Source of the DNA: Calcarisporiella thermophila CBS 279.70
Taxonomy: Eukaryota > Fungi > Calcarisporiellomycota
Reading direction: 5' to 3'
DNA length: 64,000 bases
NCBI RefSeq assembly: GCF_041956535.1
Contig: NW_027192219.1
Span: 299,866-363,865 of the forward strand
The notes beneath the pieces were generated by a model, which was not told the origin of the DNA, made no database searches, and worked only from the letters and a program-made list of their open reading frames with translations. How positions within the stretch are numbered: position 1 is the first letter of the stretch; every line of letters starts with the position of its first letter. The position numbers and the translations under genes are program-made. Positions 51,962 through 63,317 of this stretch are shown here, piece after piece.

Positions 51962-54900
51962 ATGCAAGAGTTTAAGTTGCATGGAGTTATCTTTCATTAT
52001 AATGAAGGTCAAGGCGATGAATTCGAGCCACAAGCTCTCGCGCTACAGCGAAAATCGCAGAACAATGTATTGATGAGAAAGGGAGAATCTGCTTATGGTA
52101 TTGTAGAGAATATTCCTCGGTTTCTTGAACAGGTGCAGTGTACGGAGAAGTTGGAAGATCGAGATTATTATGTTCTTGCCACAGAGCAAGACAATAAGCT
52201 CGGATGGATGGTGGTTGAGTTGCACGTGGTGAATAATCTCTATAGAGGGTCAGTTTTCAGGCGCGATCAATATCCAGAAAATGTAGTCATAAGGTAAATT
52301 TCGAGCTTAGACATAAAAATGACTAAGCAAATTCTTAATTCTTGTTTTTAGATATTTGATGGGGATATACCAGAGAGCAATGCAAAGTGTTTTCGGGGTA
52401 GAATGTGATAATGCATCTGGTTTTGCAGTATCTAGTGCGCATTAACAAGTGGATGAATCTACCGTGAAGCTTTTATTCCACACTGTGTCGCGCCTGAAAA
52501 ACAAGAGTAACCAATTATTAGTATTTGAGAATATACAACAGGAGAAAGCCTTCATCGAAAAGGTAAACCAGCTGACAGTAATAGAGTGAGGCGTTTCGAT
52601 GGTTAAATGGGCTATATTTGTAGCTCCATGAATACATTGAATACGATGATCGAAATCTCAACGAGTGTGCTAATATTTTATATGGAGGAAACCAACCTGA
52701 AAAAAACATGTAAAATGGAAATAGCGCGTTTCGTTTACTTGGAAGCATCCGCAGCGGACACGCAGAATCATTGCTTATGGTCGAGAAGGAACTCGGCGGT
52801 CGCTTTTGTAGTCCGTTAGATCACTTTCCTTTAGTTACCCAGTCAATCTATACAGAAACAGCGGTTGAAGTGCTAAAGCTATTTCCTGTTCTTACGGTAA
52901 GAACGGAACCAACTATAGCGGTGGTACACAAGAATTGGGAGCATGTCATTAATTCATTTGCACCTAATGTTACTAATGGGATATATCCGGTCACGTCCTC
53001 ACTGGTTTCTGGGTCACGGCTACCGCCCTTGAAATGTGTTCCCTTACCTGATGATGGGGAGCTTATTGGCAAAATTCGATCCAAATATCCTCACTGCCCT
53101 AGAATATATGATGTTGTGCAATTCGCAGAAGTGAAGGGACTGAAGTTGCAATGCTATACACCTTGGAATGAACAAGTTCCGGATACATGGGTGTTTCGTT
53201 TTTATCCTAGTACTAGTAGACTGGAGACTACCGAGTGTATGCACGTGAGTCAGGGGAGTCAGATTATCTGGACCTGTGTGCCGATGGACAGCTATGCGAA
53301 TACAAGCAATATGCGCGTCCGTCTGTCGGATACGGTGCCCATACATTCAGGATTCGGGAAACTAGTATTTCGTTGCCTGGATCCAATATGCCCTAAAGAA
53401 ACATATATAGATGAATATGGAGCGAGTTGGCCTTATAACATGTTGCCTTACCTCACCCCACCCGACATGTTATATCGCGTTGTTCATCATGAGGGCCTTG
53501 CTGGTGCCGCTAAGTGGCTTGTTTCGAGGTTATGCGGTCCTGATAGCCGTCAACCCAAGCTCGCATATCTTCCTCTGTTGGACAAATGGGTAGCATGGGA
53601 TGGAGTGGTTTGGAGAAGATATACTGAAATTCCTGCAGAGCTTTCGATGGGGTGCTCACGATATGTCGAACGTATACGTGCTCAACTTCCTGTTCGAGCA
53701 GAAGAGGATGCGGTCACAACCGGATTGATTCGAATCATGGATTTTACTCTCATGCGATTTTAACACTATTTAAATATCCACAAGAACCTGGAAAAGAATG
53801 TGGACAAAATGCTCTATGAACTTCCGGGCGAAATATTCGACACAGCCTCCTCCTTACTTGTCATCAATAATAGATACCTTGATCTTAAGCAAGGTCGTTT
53901 CGTTGAAACGCGACCTAATCATTATATAACTCACAGTGTGCCTACCTACTATGACTCCGAGGTAGATCTCTGTCATGACACAGGTTCGCTACCTCTTGTA
54001 GATGAATTCATGAATTCCTTATTCGAAGATCGTGAAGCCGACGAACGGGTTTCGACAATCTCCTCGCTTCAAACTTTCCTTGGATATTCATTGACTGGAG
54101 AGGCTAGTGAACACCTTTCTCTCATCCTGTATGGCGAGGGGAGAAATGGTAAGGGCGTTTTAACCCGCGCTATTCGTGCGGTATTCGATATAGCAGATGA
54201 GCGACCGATACAGGACGCCTCAAGCACTCAAATTCTGAAGCGTTCGGAATTACGCCAGATGCTAGCATACCCAACTCATGATGAGTTACTTACCCAGACA
54301 TGCCCAATAAAAAGGAGATACTCTGTCGCGACTTCCCAGCATTTCCTCTATACCATTGTCGATAATAAACTCATAGCTAAGACGGCAAAAACTAGCAAAA
54401 ATGCACACACAACACAACCTGTGAGCTTAGTTGGAGCTCGTGTTGTATTAGTGAATGAATTGGATGTGAATGCACAGCTTGACGAGGCGAAGCTCGAACG
54501 ATTGTCGAATGGAGATCCACTTTGCATTCGGAAAATTTATGGAAGGACAACATTTACTATCTCTAGCCCAACTCACACTCTTCTAATTGACACCAGTACC
54601 ATACCTAATAGACTAATTGGGCGATCATTGAGTTCGCATACTCGGGTTCTCAGATTTAACCTATACTTCAATGCGAACAAAAAGCCGGGCGATCCGCTCA
54701 ATACCAATGAGCGAGTAGCGGACACTTGGATGGAAACTAAAATTTTGGATGTATCGTTTCGACGTCAACTCTTGCGATGGCTTTTACGCGGTGCCCATCG
54801 ATATTATCAACAAGGGCGTTTACGCTGGGCCAAATCCATTGAGCAGGACACGCGTGCATTTTGGGGCGAAGATGACTATTTCGATCGATTTCTGATTGAA

Positions 54901-55155
54901 AAATGCGAAATGGCCAAGAAATTGCTTCCGTTAGAGGAAGCCATCCAACGCAAACTATACACACCAGCGTTTAGCCTCTATGACAGGTTTCGTAACTATG
55001 TGCGAGAGCAAGGCAATGTCGATAGTGCCAATATACTGAGTAAGAAGGCCTTTATTTGCCGTCTAGGGAGCCAGCCATATATATTTAAGAAACGCACAGC
55101 CCAAGGGGAATTGAGTCGTCAATGGCATTACTTTGGTTTGCATGTCTTAGAATGA
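51962..55155 (+). pseudogene. Intron-containing AEP(PrimPol)-Zn ribbon-D5/SF3 primase-helicase, virus/mobile-element type, with 3 in-frame stops
   Basis: Exons 51962-52293, 52352-52562 and 52624-55155 give 1025 codons in one frame, with TAA at 52443, 52711 and 53761. AEP-like motifs are 'YYVL..QDNKLGWMVVE', 'KLLFH', 'VFENIQQEKAFI' and 'M*NGNSAFRLLGS'. Downstream are a Zn-ribbon-like 'FRCLDPIC', D5N-like 'KWVAWDGVVWR' and 'INNRYLDLKQGRF...PNHYIT', Walker A GEGRNGKG (54133-54156), Walker B 'RVVLVNE' and 'LSNGDPLCIRKIY'. Confidence 0.85.
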
Positions 55156-56296
55156 AATGCCTAATACCTCGACTTATAATGAATTCGAACGAATGCTGCG
55201 TGTGTCTCCCCCTGAAATTTCAAGTCACAGACTTCTGTTGTCTCTATCAGAAAAAAAATGTTCGAGAGTTCTTATTTCATATAATTTAATCTACATTTGA
55301 ATACGCCTTATTTTTTTTCTGCTTCCTTGATCAATGAAACCAAATCCAATTCGTTGTATTTTTCCATTCGAATTAATCCAAAATATTTTATAATTGATTT
55401 ATCTATTTTGAAACTGACAAGTGCTAAGTTTGCCTCTCATGAACACGGCATGTGAACAAGAAACAACAGCACATCGATATTTTTAACCTCATTCTTCTCG
55501 AACCTGGTAGATTATGGATGAGAATATAGTTTAAAAGTGACCCAGAACTAGCATTATTCATAGTTGTAACCTTAGTTTATTATTAGTATGCAATCATAGA
55601 ATCGACGGGGAGTCAAAGTGATATGCAAATATAGATTTTGCTTTGTATTACCATATTTACATAATACAATATCAATACAATAACCATTTTTTATTTTGAT
55701 TCTACTTTCTCGCTAAATGAGTGATTGAAATTTCTTTGCAATGTACCTTCACACTCGTTCCTCAGTAATAAGGTCAGGCTGTTGTCAAGGAGGATCCAAC
55801 AATTATCATTTTTTCATCCATATTTTGGAAATGGGAACAGTGTGATTGGAACTATTGCTATTTTAGCTAATCAATTTTGATATATCGACCCCATATTACA
55901 TCGTTGTCGTGAGACGAATATCCCAACAAAGTAAGTTACTTTCCTAATTTTCCTCTTGAACTCTAATATCAATCATATTCTTTTATTAGGATGCCTCCAA
56001 TAATGAATTCGCCATTGGTGTTTATTTTCCACATCCTTGTTCTAACTTTGCAAATATTCTCATCGCACAGACGCAAATGGTTAAGTGCATTTCATTCTTC
56101 TTCAGCAGCTTCAATAAATTACTGCCTATGGTATGCTAAACTATAAAAAATCTTGTATCATTTCACTGAGTATAAATAAAGTTTATTCACACTGCCAATA
56201 TTAAAAAAAGATCATAAATACAATTCAACCAGCTAGTATTCCAGTTAGAATGAGCTGAGAGTTGCTTCAATACCAGTGAGTATTGCTTTGGGGAAT

Positions 56297-56614
56297 CTAT
56301 TTAGGGCAAGTTTGCTTCACTTCGGGGGTGCCCTTGGCCTGCTTGCAGAGCTTGGAGAAGTTCTTCTCCTGACTCTTGCAGTCGCCTGAACCTTTGTAAA
56401 CGCATTTCCAACCGCGGATGGAATACTGCTTGCAATCATATTCACCAGACAAAGAGGTGGCCAACTTTCGACACTGCTCTGTGCCTGTACCATAGCAGAC
56501 TGAATTTTCTTTGCCGTACTCGCCGGTAAGCCCGCATGCTGCCTCGCCTAGGGCCACGCAGATCAAAAATACGGCCGCTACGAAGAGTAGCTGCGAGATG
56601 CCCATTTTAGCCAT
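56297..56614 (-). CDS. Small secreted cysteine-rich protein (105 aa, 8 Cys in mature part)
   Basis: Signal peptide MAKMGISQLLFVAAVFLICVALGEA. The mature part is Lys/Gly-rich with 8 Cys. An upstream TATA box supports this ATG over the 214-aa ORF start. Confidence 0.8.
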   Translation of the reverse strand: MAKMGISQLLFVAAVFLICVALGEAACGLTGEYGKENSVCYGTGTEQCRKLATSLSGEYDCKQYSIRGWKCVYKGSGDCKSQEKNFSKLCKQAKGTPEVKQTCPK

Positions 56615-56743
56615 TATTGAAAAAGTAGAGTAGCGTTTGTGATGAAGACAAAGATAATTATCGGAAAGTACCAAGCGTTTGCGGAGGTAAAGGTATAAAA
56701 CTAGAAAAACATGATGATGTTTTTTGTGAAGAATTTGAGGGCC

Positions 56744-56750
56744 TTTTATA
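56744..56750 (-). promoter_or_regulatory. TATA box of the Cys-rich secreted protein gene
   Basis: TATAAAA on the minus strand, 130 nt upstream of ATG 56614. Confidence 0.45.
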
Positions 56751-58717
56751 CTGTGGTGATTGCAAATGCAATATACTAAAAATAGCGTTTTCCTGAAACC
56801 CGGAGTAAAATTATTTTTAACAGTCTCAAAAAGAGATGCCAGTGTGGGTGGGCGTAAACGAGTAGGAACCAGGTTTGCGCTGCGGTGTTGGATTGTATTA
56901 AAATCATGCGAAAAATCGAGGCTTGTGTGACTGAGTTTCATAAATAATCATTAAAAATAAATCCACCCTGTAATTAGCCGTTGCCCAATCAGGGCGGCCC
57001 GTCGGTTCTGGAAACCAAGTACTTCAATTGGGTGTTCTCGCTCTGCCTAATCCCTGCAGAGCTCTCATGCGTGAGAATTTTGCCGTTAAGTCCACATCAC
57101 TTCCGCTATTTTTAGGCATTCTTGTCACTCCTGAACTGGGGAAACTGACATGAGCAGGATGAAAATAGCCCTTAACCTTATGCGACTTTCTATGACGGAC
57201 ATTTGTGCAGCATCTTCCATCCTGGGTTGGTCGCATGGCCTCCTTGGCACTATGCAAAGCAAACTTGCCCGCGTGCTTTGGAGAGACTACAGCGAGCTCT
57301 GATCCATGCTTTCTATCGCTTCACCGAGTTAAGACCAGGAGAGCGCAAGTGTCTTCTTAGCACCTCTCTTGATGCGCTTTACAATGTTGGCTGCACATTT
57401 TCTATATAGAGTATCGTTTTGACTTTTCTAATGAATACTGTGATACCAAAATGACCTCTATTGGCACGTTAATGAGGCGCTTGGACCTCCTCTCTTTCGA
57501 CCAATCATCAAAGTAGTAAATGGATATGCACTACGTCATCAGCATCGGCCTTAATTCCTGAACTTAATGTTGCATTCCCACCTCCAAGCGGGTCGGTCTA
57601 TACTTGTAATTTTAGCCTTATGAGATTACTATTGCTTAGAGGATCTATTTGGTTTACCAATAGGCTAGTTTTTCATATTATTGAAAACTTTATTGGATGC
57701 AATACCATTTAATGCTGTAAGTTGGTGGATATGTGTCCCTACGGTCATATTTTCCTATGCGAATATGAAAATTTATCACTTGGTTGGCGATACTTATTTC
57801 AACCCCTTGTCATAGGAGATACCAACAATTCTTATTGAATACTTATGAAAAATTCTTTGGCGTAATATACCTACAAGTTGGACCCTGGGATCGATTGGTA
57901 TTTATATATTACGAGCAAATATTTATTAGGATCTTTCGACCGATATGAAGCAGAACATTCACAACTTTCACAAGAGCGAATAACTGGATAAGAGTTCTTG
58001 AAATATCTCCCGATTTCTCAAAATACCTCTCTAGCTGTTCAGTCTTGGGTGATTCTGAGGCTCTTGAAAACGCACAAATGACCGCTAAATTGTATTTTGG
58101 CGGACTAGTCCTTGAACCCTTATTTGGGGATCCATTGCGCAAAGCATGAATCCCAAATATTTTCGCCCAACAAGGATTTAGAGTCCAGTTGTGCAGCCGA
58201 TCAGAATATGAGGCTGACCCTGGTTGTCAATTGATGAAAGCAAGGATGGAAAGTCTCTTTTTAATTTGAGACACCGAGCTCTGGTTTCATCTCTGCCCAC
58301 AATAACAAGTGCAAAATGGCTCAGCTACTTCATTTTTCACGAGAAATAGTGGAAATAGGAAGTCACTACGATGTCGTTGAAGAGCTTAGCGCCTTCGGGT
58401 TTTTTTTCTCATTAATCGGCGAATTTGAATTTGCTGGGTTGAGGCCAACTCGTCTCTTGAAAGACTACCTAAGGGAGGCGGTTAGATTGCCAAATGTTAG
58501 ATACATTTATTGCACGACTACAGATCTTTGCCGACAAGAACGTAGGCACATCGTTCTATTTTGGAGACTGTTTTTGCAGACCTCATTTGCAAATGCACAA
58601 AATGCGCCCTTTGGACACACCTTTTGCTAGCGAATTATCATAAAGATTGGGCATATCATAAAAATTTTTATTTGTTTGGACTTTTACAGGGGGAGGCGTA
58701 ATGGCCAATTTCAATCT

Positions 58718-60975
58718 TTAAAATATTCCACCACGTCCACCTGGTCCGAATTGGGCCCCACGTCCTCCTGGTCCAAATGGGCCCCCGCGTCCTCCTGGTC
58801 CGAATGGCCCACCGGGCCCACCTGGTCCAAATGGGCCTCCACGTCCTCCTGGTCCAAATGGGCCCCCACGTCCTCCTGGTCCAAATGGGNNNNNNNNNNN
58901 NNNNNNNNNNNNNNNNNNNNNNNNNNNNNNNNNNNNNNNNNNNNNNNNNNNNNNNNNNNNNNNNNNNNNNNNNNNNNNNNNNNNNNNNNNNNNNNNNNNN
59001 NNNNNNNNNNNNNNNNNNNNNNNNNNNNNNNNNNNNNNNNNNNNNNNNNNNNNNNNNNNNNNNNNNNNNNNNNNNNNNNNNNNNNNNNNNNNNNNNNNNN
59101 NNNNNNNNNNNNNNNNNNNNNNNNNNNNNNNNNNNNNNNNNNNNNNNNNNNNNNNNNNNNNNNNNNNNNNNNNNNNNNNNNNNNNNNNNNNNNNNNNNNN
59201 NNNNNNNNNNNNNNNNNNNNNNNNNNNNNNNNNNNNNNNNNNNNNNNNNNNNNNNNNNNNNNNNNNNNNNNNNNNNNNNNNNNNNNNNNNNNNNNNNNNN
59301 NNNNNNNNNNNNNNNNNNNACGTCCTCCTGGTCCAAATGGGCCTCCACGTCCTCCTGGTCCAAATGGGCCCCCACGTCCTCCTGGTCCAAATGGGCCCCC
59401 GAGTCCTCCTGGTCCGAATGGCCCACCGGGCCCACCTGGTCCAAATGGTCCACCAGGCCCACCAGGTCCGAATGGGCCTCCGCGTCCTCCTGATCCGAAT
59501 GGCCCACCACGTCCTACTGGTCCAAATGGTCCACCAGGCCCATCTGGTCCGAATTGGGCCCCACGTCCTCCTGGTCCAAATTGGCCCCCACGTCCTCCTG
59601 GTCCAAATGGTCCACCAGGCCCACCTGGTCCGAACGGCCCGCCGCGTCCACCACCTAATTGCCCATTATTTCCACCACTAGCCGACTCACCACGTCCACT
59701 TGGCGCGGACTGTGGTTGTCGAGCTTGTTGCTGCTGTCTTGCACGTTGTTGCTGTATTTGTTGGTTTTGCCGCGCCTGTTGCTGCTGTTGTGCTTGTTGC
59801 TGCTGTAGTTGTTGATTTTGCCGTGCCTGTTGATTCTGCGTTTGTTGTCTATTATTTTGCTGTGCTCGTGTACTTCCAACATTTGGTTGTGCGGTTTGCT
59901 GCCTACTATTTTTCTCTTCTTGTTGTTTTGAGTTCACTTGTTTACGTTCAGCGTTTGATTGTGTTTGTCGCCCACCCTCTTGCAGATTCTCATTCTGCTT
60001 TGCTTGTTGTTCTGAGTTCACTTGTGTACGTCCAGCGTCTGATTTTGCTAGTTGCTCGGCGTTTTGCGGATTCTCACCCTGATCTTCTTGTTGCTCTGAA
60101 TTCCCTTGTGTACGTCCAGCGTTTGATTGTACTTGTTGCCCACCGTTTTGAGGAATATCATTCTGCTCGGCTTCAACACTGGTGGAGTTCTCGCGTGCGT
60201 TGCTACTAGCATCATTGCAAGTAATCTCAGAAGATAAAAATCTATTTCCCTCAATTATATTCTTCAAATCTTCGATTTGCTTCACTGAAGCTTGAAAAGT
60301 GCACTCTTCTTCATCGGGTAGAGGAGTAAGATTATTCCTAATTGCAAATTCTCCTATCGTTCTGAGGCTAGTTTCACCAAGGAAGTCCTCACCTCTACCT
60401 CCTAAAACGTTAACTGAACAAGAGCTACCATTTGGCTGTTTGAAAACAAACTGCCTCGTATTTTCGCATTTGTCAACGCGATTTGCAGAAGCACGAGGTG
60501 TCGGATCGTCTGGGAAAACAAGTCTATCTTCATTTGCTCCTGCTGCTCCATTATTGGGTGCTCGGGTTCCGCCTCCAGATAATTTCGCAATTTCTTCAGA
60601 ACTACCTGTATTTAGTATTCTATTCATTTCGAAGGAGTCAAGTTCAACTCCAGCGCGACCACCCAGCTTTTCGCATGTAGCCTTCCGACCTGCCGTTGTT
60701 TCATTTTCTGCGGTACATTGAGCCGGTATTTTCGGATTCCTGGATTTACCACAGGTTACACCATTTATAGTTAAAAGTTTCGGCCGACCTGTGCCGACTG
60801 TTGCCTCACAAATTGATCCCTGAACTTCGCAAGCAAGTTCAGGTGTTTCACCTGCACTTCGAAGCCTTCCAGCAATAGGAACTATACATCTTCCAGTATT
60901 ATTCTGGCCTTTTACTTGAGCTGAGAAGAGGGTTACAGCAAGGACATGAGTAAGCGTAATGATAGAGAATCTCAT
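58718..60975 (-). CDS. Secreted modular protein: Cys-containing N-terminal domains, Q/N-rich repeats, (GGPFGPGGR)n Gly/Pro tail
   Basis: Signal peptide MRFSIITLTHVLAVTLFSAQVKG, 6+4 Cys, ~28-aa repeats, polyQ/R and 9-aa Gly/Pro repeats on both sides of the N gap. The natural end is ...GPGGRGGIF* with the stop at 58718-58720; the ORF track loses frame across the gap. Confidence 0.85.
58727..59655. repeat. 27-bp coding tandem repeat (minisatellite), interrupted by assembly gap
   Basis: The unit ~CGTCCTCCTGGTCCAAATGGGCCCCCA is repeated on both sides of the N-run. Confidence 0.95.
58890..59319. other. Assembly gap (430 N)
   Basis: Run of N inside the 27-bp repeat array. Confidence 1.
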
Positions 60976-61062
60976 GGTTTACCGATTGAAATGAGTGTAT
61001 AAAGAGAAGAATAACGAAGTTGTACCAGACAAAGATGGATTATCACTGTTGTTATCTAAGCC

Positions 61063-61070
61063 TATTTATA
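61063..61070 (-). promoter_or_regulatory. TATA box of the Gly/Pro-repeat secreted protein gene
   Basis: TATAAATA on the minus strand, ~90 nt upstream of ATG 60975. Confidence 0.45.
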
Positions 61071-62681
61071 TTGTTTCGATATCACCTAAAATACATCGTT
61101 GAATTCCACAAACACGAACCAGTAATCATGATGTTAAACTACTTGACATTTTCTCAATATATTTGATTGGTGTTTACATGAATAAAGTAACTGGTTGATT
61201 AAGTATTTAATTAACTAGTAATCCTTAATGAGAATCGGATGTGATATTTTATGAAGCTTTAGGTAATCACTCCTGGTTGCAGATTGATCCATCTTATTTA
61301 GTCCAACATTGTCCCTTAAATTTGAAACCATTAAAATAGAGAGGTGGAAACGTTTCCATCGAAGTTAGTGAATTATGGAAACGGAAATAGTTATGTTACC
61401 ATACATTCTAATATATTGATTTATCCACTGAAGATTGTATCGAGAACGGGTTTTCCGAGTTATTAATTATGTCATATTGAGAGGGTGAGTGGTTGGCTTG
61501 TTTATTAACGGTTGATGTCACTCATCTTAGTATGAATTATATCTATTTTATAGTATCTAATCTTTATAATACCATTTCATATTTTGCCTGTTGCCATAGG
61601 GAATAGGTTCTCCTGATTATTATCTATCGAAACATTAAAAGTCTTCCTAAATTATAGAAAAAGGATTATATTCTAATTTGCTATACTACACTGGAGGTAA
61701 ATAGCTATATATTGTTTAAATACATTCCAGTTAATATTACTATTTAATTATCTTAATTTGTGGTACTTATAATTGTTGGAGTGAATAAATCATCTTATTA
61801 TCCACAAGTATTAGACATCATAATAGAAATCTGAAATTCGAATTTATAGTAAATTTAATTTATTTCCAACCCAAGGTGGCTTATAGAATCCACAATAAGG
61901 TTTGGATCACCCCCCATTTAAAAATTATCCTCTCACCCAAGGGATTGCCATTACGGATAAATATTATATATAAATGTAGTTATTTAATAATATTCATCAA
62001 TACATTAATATAGTAGATTATTGAAGCAAAATGTTCTATAGAATATTTAGCTATTATTACTTAATGCCAAAAGCAGGAGAGATAGATATAATTTCTGAAA
62101 ATTCATTGGACCTAATTTCAGGATAGACTCATAGTCAAATAAAGAAAAGGATGCTGGCCGAGCTTGGTCTTTCTATATTATATTTATCCATTGACATATC
62201 TAGCAGTAAGGTAAGGTTTCGGTTTGTTAGAGTCACATAGTCATGATGAGATGAACGAGGGTAAGAACCAGTAGTTTCAATCCATTAGTTCTACATAATT
62301 TATGTCTAGAAATTATAATAATGATTTGTTTGAAACTATGAAATCCATCATTTTAAACGGAGCCAACATAGCCAGCAACTATAAAACCAAACGTTTAGTT
62401 ACACATATCGCTTGCATAGTAATTACAAATGTTGTGGGGGTCAGCTCTCATAATTGTTATTCAGATCAGATGCAGCGCATGATAGCTGCACCGCTTCCGG
62501 TTACTTCAAGTTATTTCTTTCTTTTCTCATTCACCTATTATAGGCTGGGAGATTGGCAGCTGAAATTCAACACATCGGACTGGAACTAGTAATAAATAGA
62601 AAACAGATATGATTGGGAACAATTGAGTGAATGTTTACAGCTGGTTTGCGTCATAATTCAGATCCACTAGTACTTATTTAA

Positions 62682-62956
62682 CCCTATAAGAAGTGGGCAT
62701 AGGGAAAACATAGGGAAATAATATGGAACTCATGCGCAATACCTCACTTTCCCTATAATTTCCTTACCATTTCCTTATATTTCCTTTAATTTTTCTATAA
62801 ATTCCAAGTCCTTACCCATATAAAAAATCCATATAAAAATCATTAAAAATTATAGCAAATCTCAGGAAATCATACGGAAAATGAGGTGTTCCCTGTGTTT
62901 TCCACATTATTCCCCTATGTTTTCCCTACTTTTTCCCTATGTGACTTCCTATAGGG
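62682..62956 (+). mobile_element. MITE copy 1 (275 bp), CCC-terminal TIRs, probably CMC/CACTA-derived
   Basis: The ends are CCCTATAAGAAGT...ACTTCCTATAGGG, with subterminal TAGGGAAA/TTTCCCTA motifs. It has no coding capacity and is near-identical to the reverse complement of 63318-63591. Confidence 0.85.
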
Positions 62957-63317
62957 CCGGAAATTCCTTAATATTGCAAATAATAAGGAGTATATTTCCA
63001 TTTAGATGGATGCAGTCAATGTGATATCGATCAAGTATGATTTTAGGAATACAAATTCGTAGTACTCTCTACTTTTGATTTCAATTTAGAGACAGTAAAT
63101 TATCTGAAGAGTTCATTGAAATGAAAATAAAATAGGGCAGATACCCCTTATTCACATATGATTTTAAGGCATGATTAAATACATTATAAACTCCTATATG
63201 GTATTATTTTAATATGAGAATTTGATAGTTCTTATTCCAAAACAAGTATGACAAATGGTTGAGTTTCCTTGTGAATAATATTTCATGCATATATATACAA
63301 AATAGTGATATCGTTTA

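Noticed and set aside
52443-53763. Alternative genetic code (TAA as sense) in the primase-helicase
   Set aside because: There are only three TAA and no TAG in ~1024 codons, Gln is normally encoded, and neighbouring genes end in TAA. Nonsense mutation is the simpler explanation.
55790-56090. Possible gene fragment with an intron-like GTAAGT...CTAAT...TAG
   Set aside because: The frames are interrupted by stops and show no recognisable protein motif, so a call cannot be supported.
56615-56941. N-terminal 109 aa of the 214-aa ORF
   Set aside because: It spans the TATA box and leader, and the signal peptide starts at 56614.
58585-58625. Minus-strand 'CPKGAFCAFAN' resembling an Unkempt CCCH finger
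   Set aside because: It is an isolated short match lacking the His and lies in the 3' flank of another gene, so it is likely chance.
58711-58889. ORF-track C-terminus 'HLDQEDVGA...'
   Set aside because: This is a frame artefact of the estimated 430-N gap. The Gly/Pro frame ends naturally at 58718.
58676-59815. Plus-strand collagen-like (PPGPNGPPR)n ORF and CRISPR-like appearance of the array
   Set aside because: It is the antisense mirror of the minus-strand gene, which has the signal peptide and TATA box. The repeats are contiguous with no unique spacers.
62678-62685. piggyBac assignment for the MITE (TTAA|CCCT)
   Set aside because: TTAA occurs at only one of the four junctions, while the swapped 3-bp TSD model explains all four.
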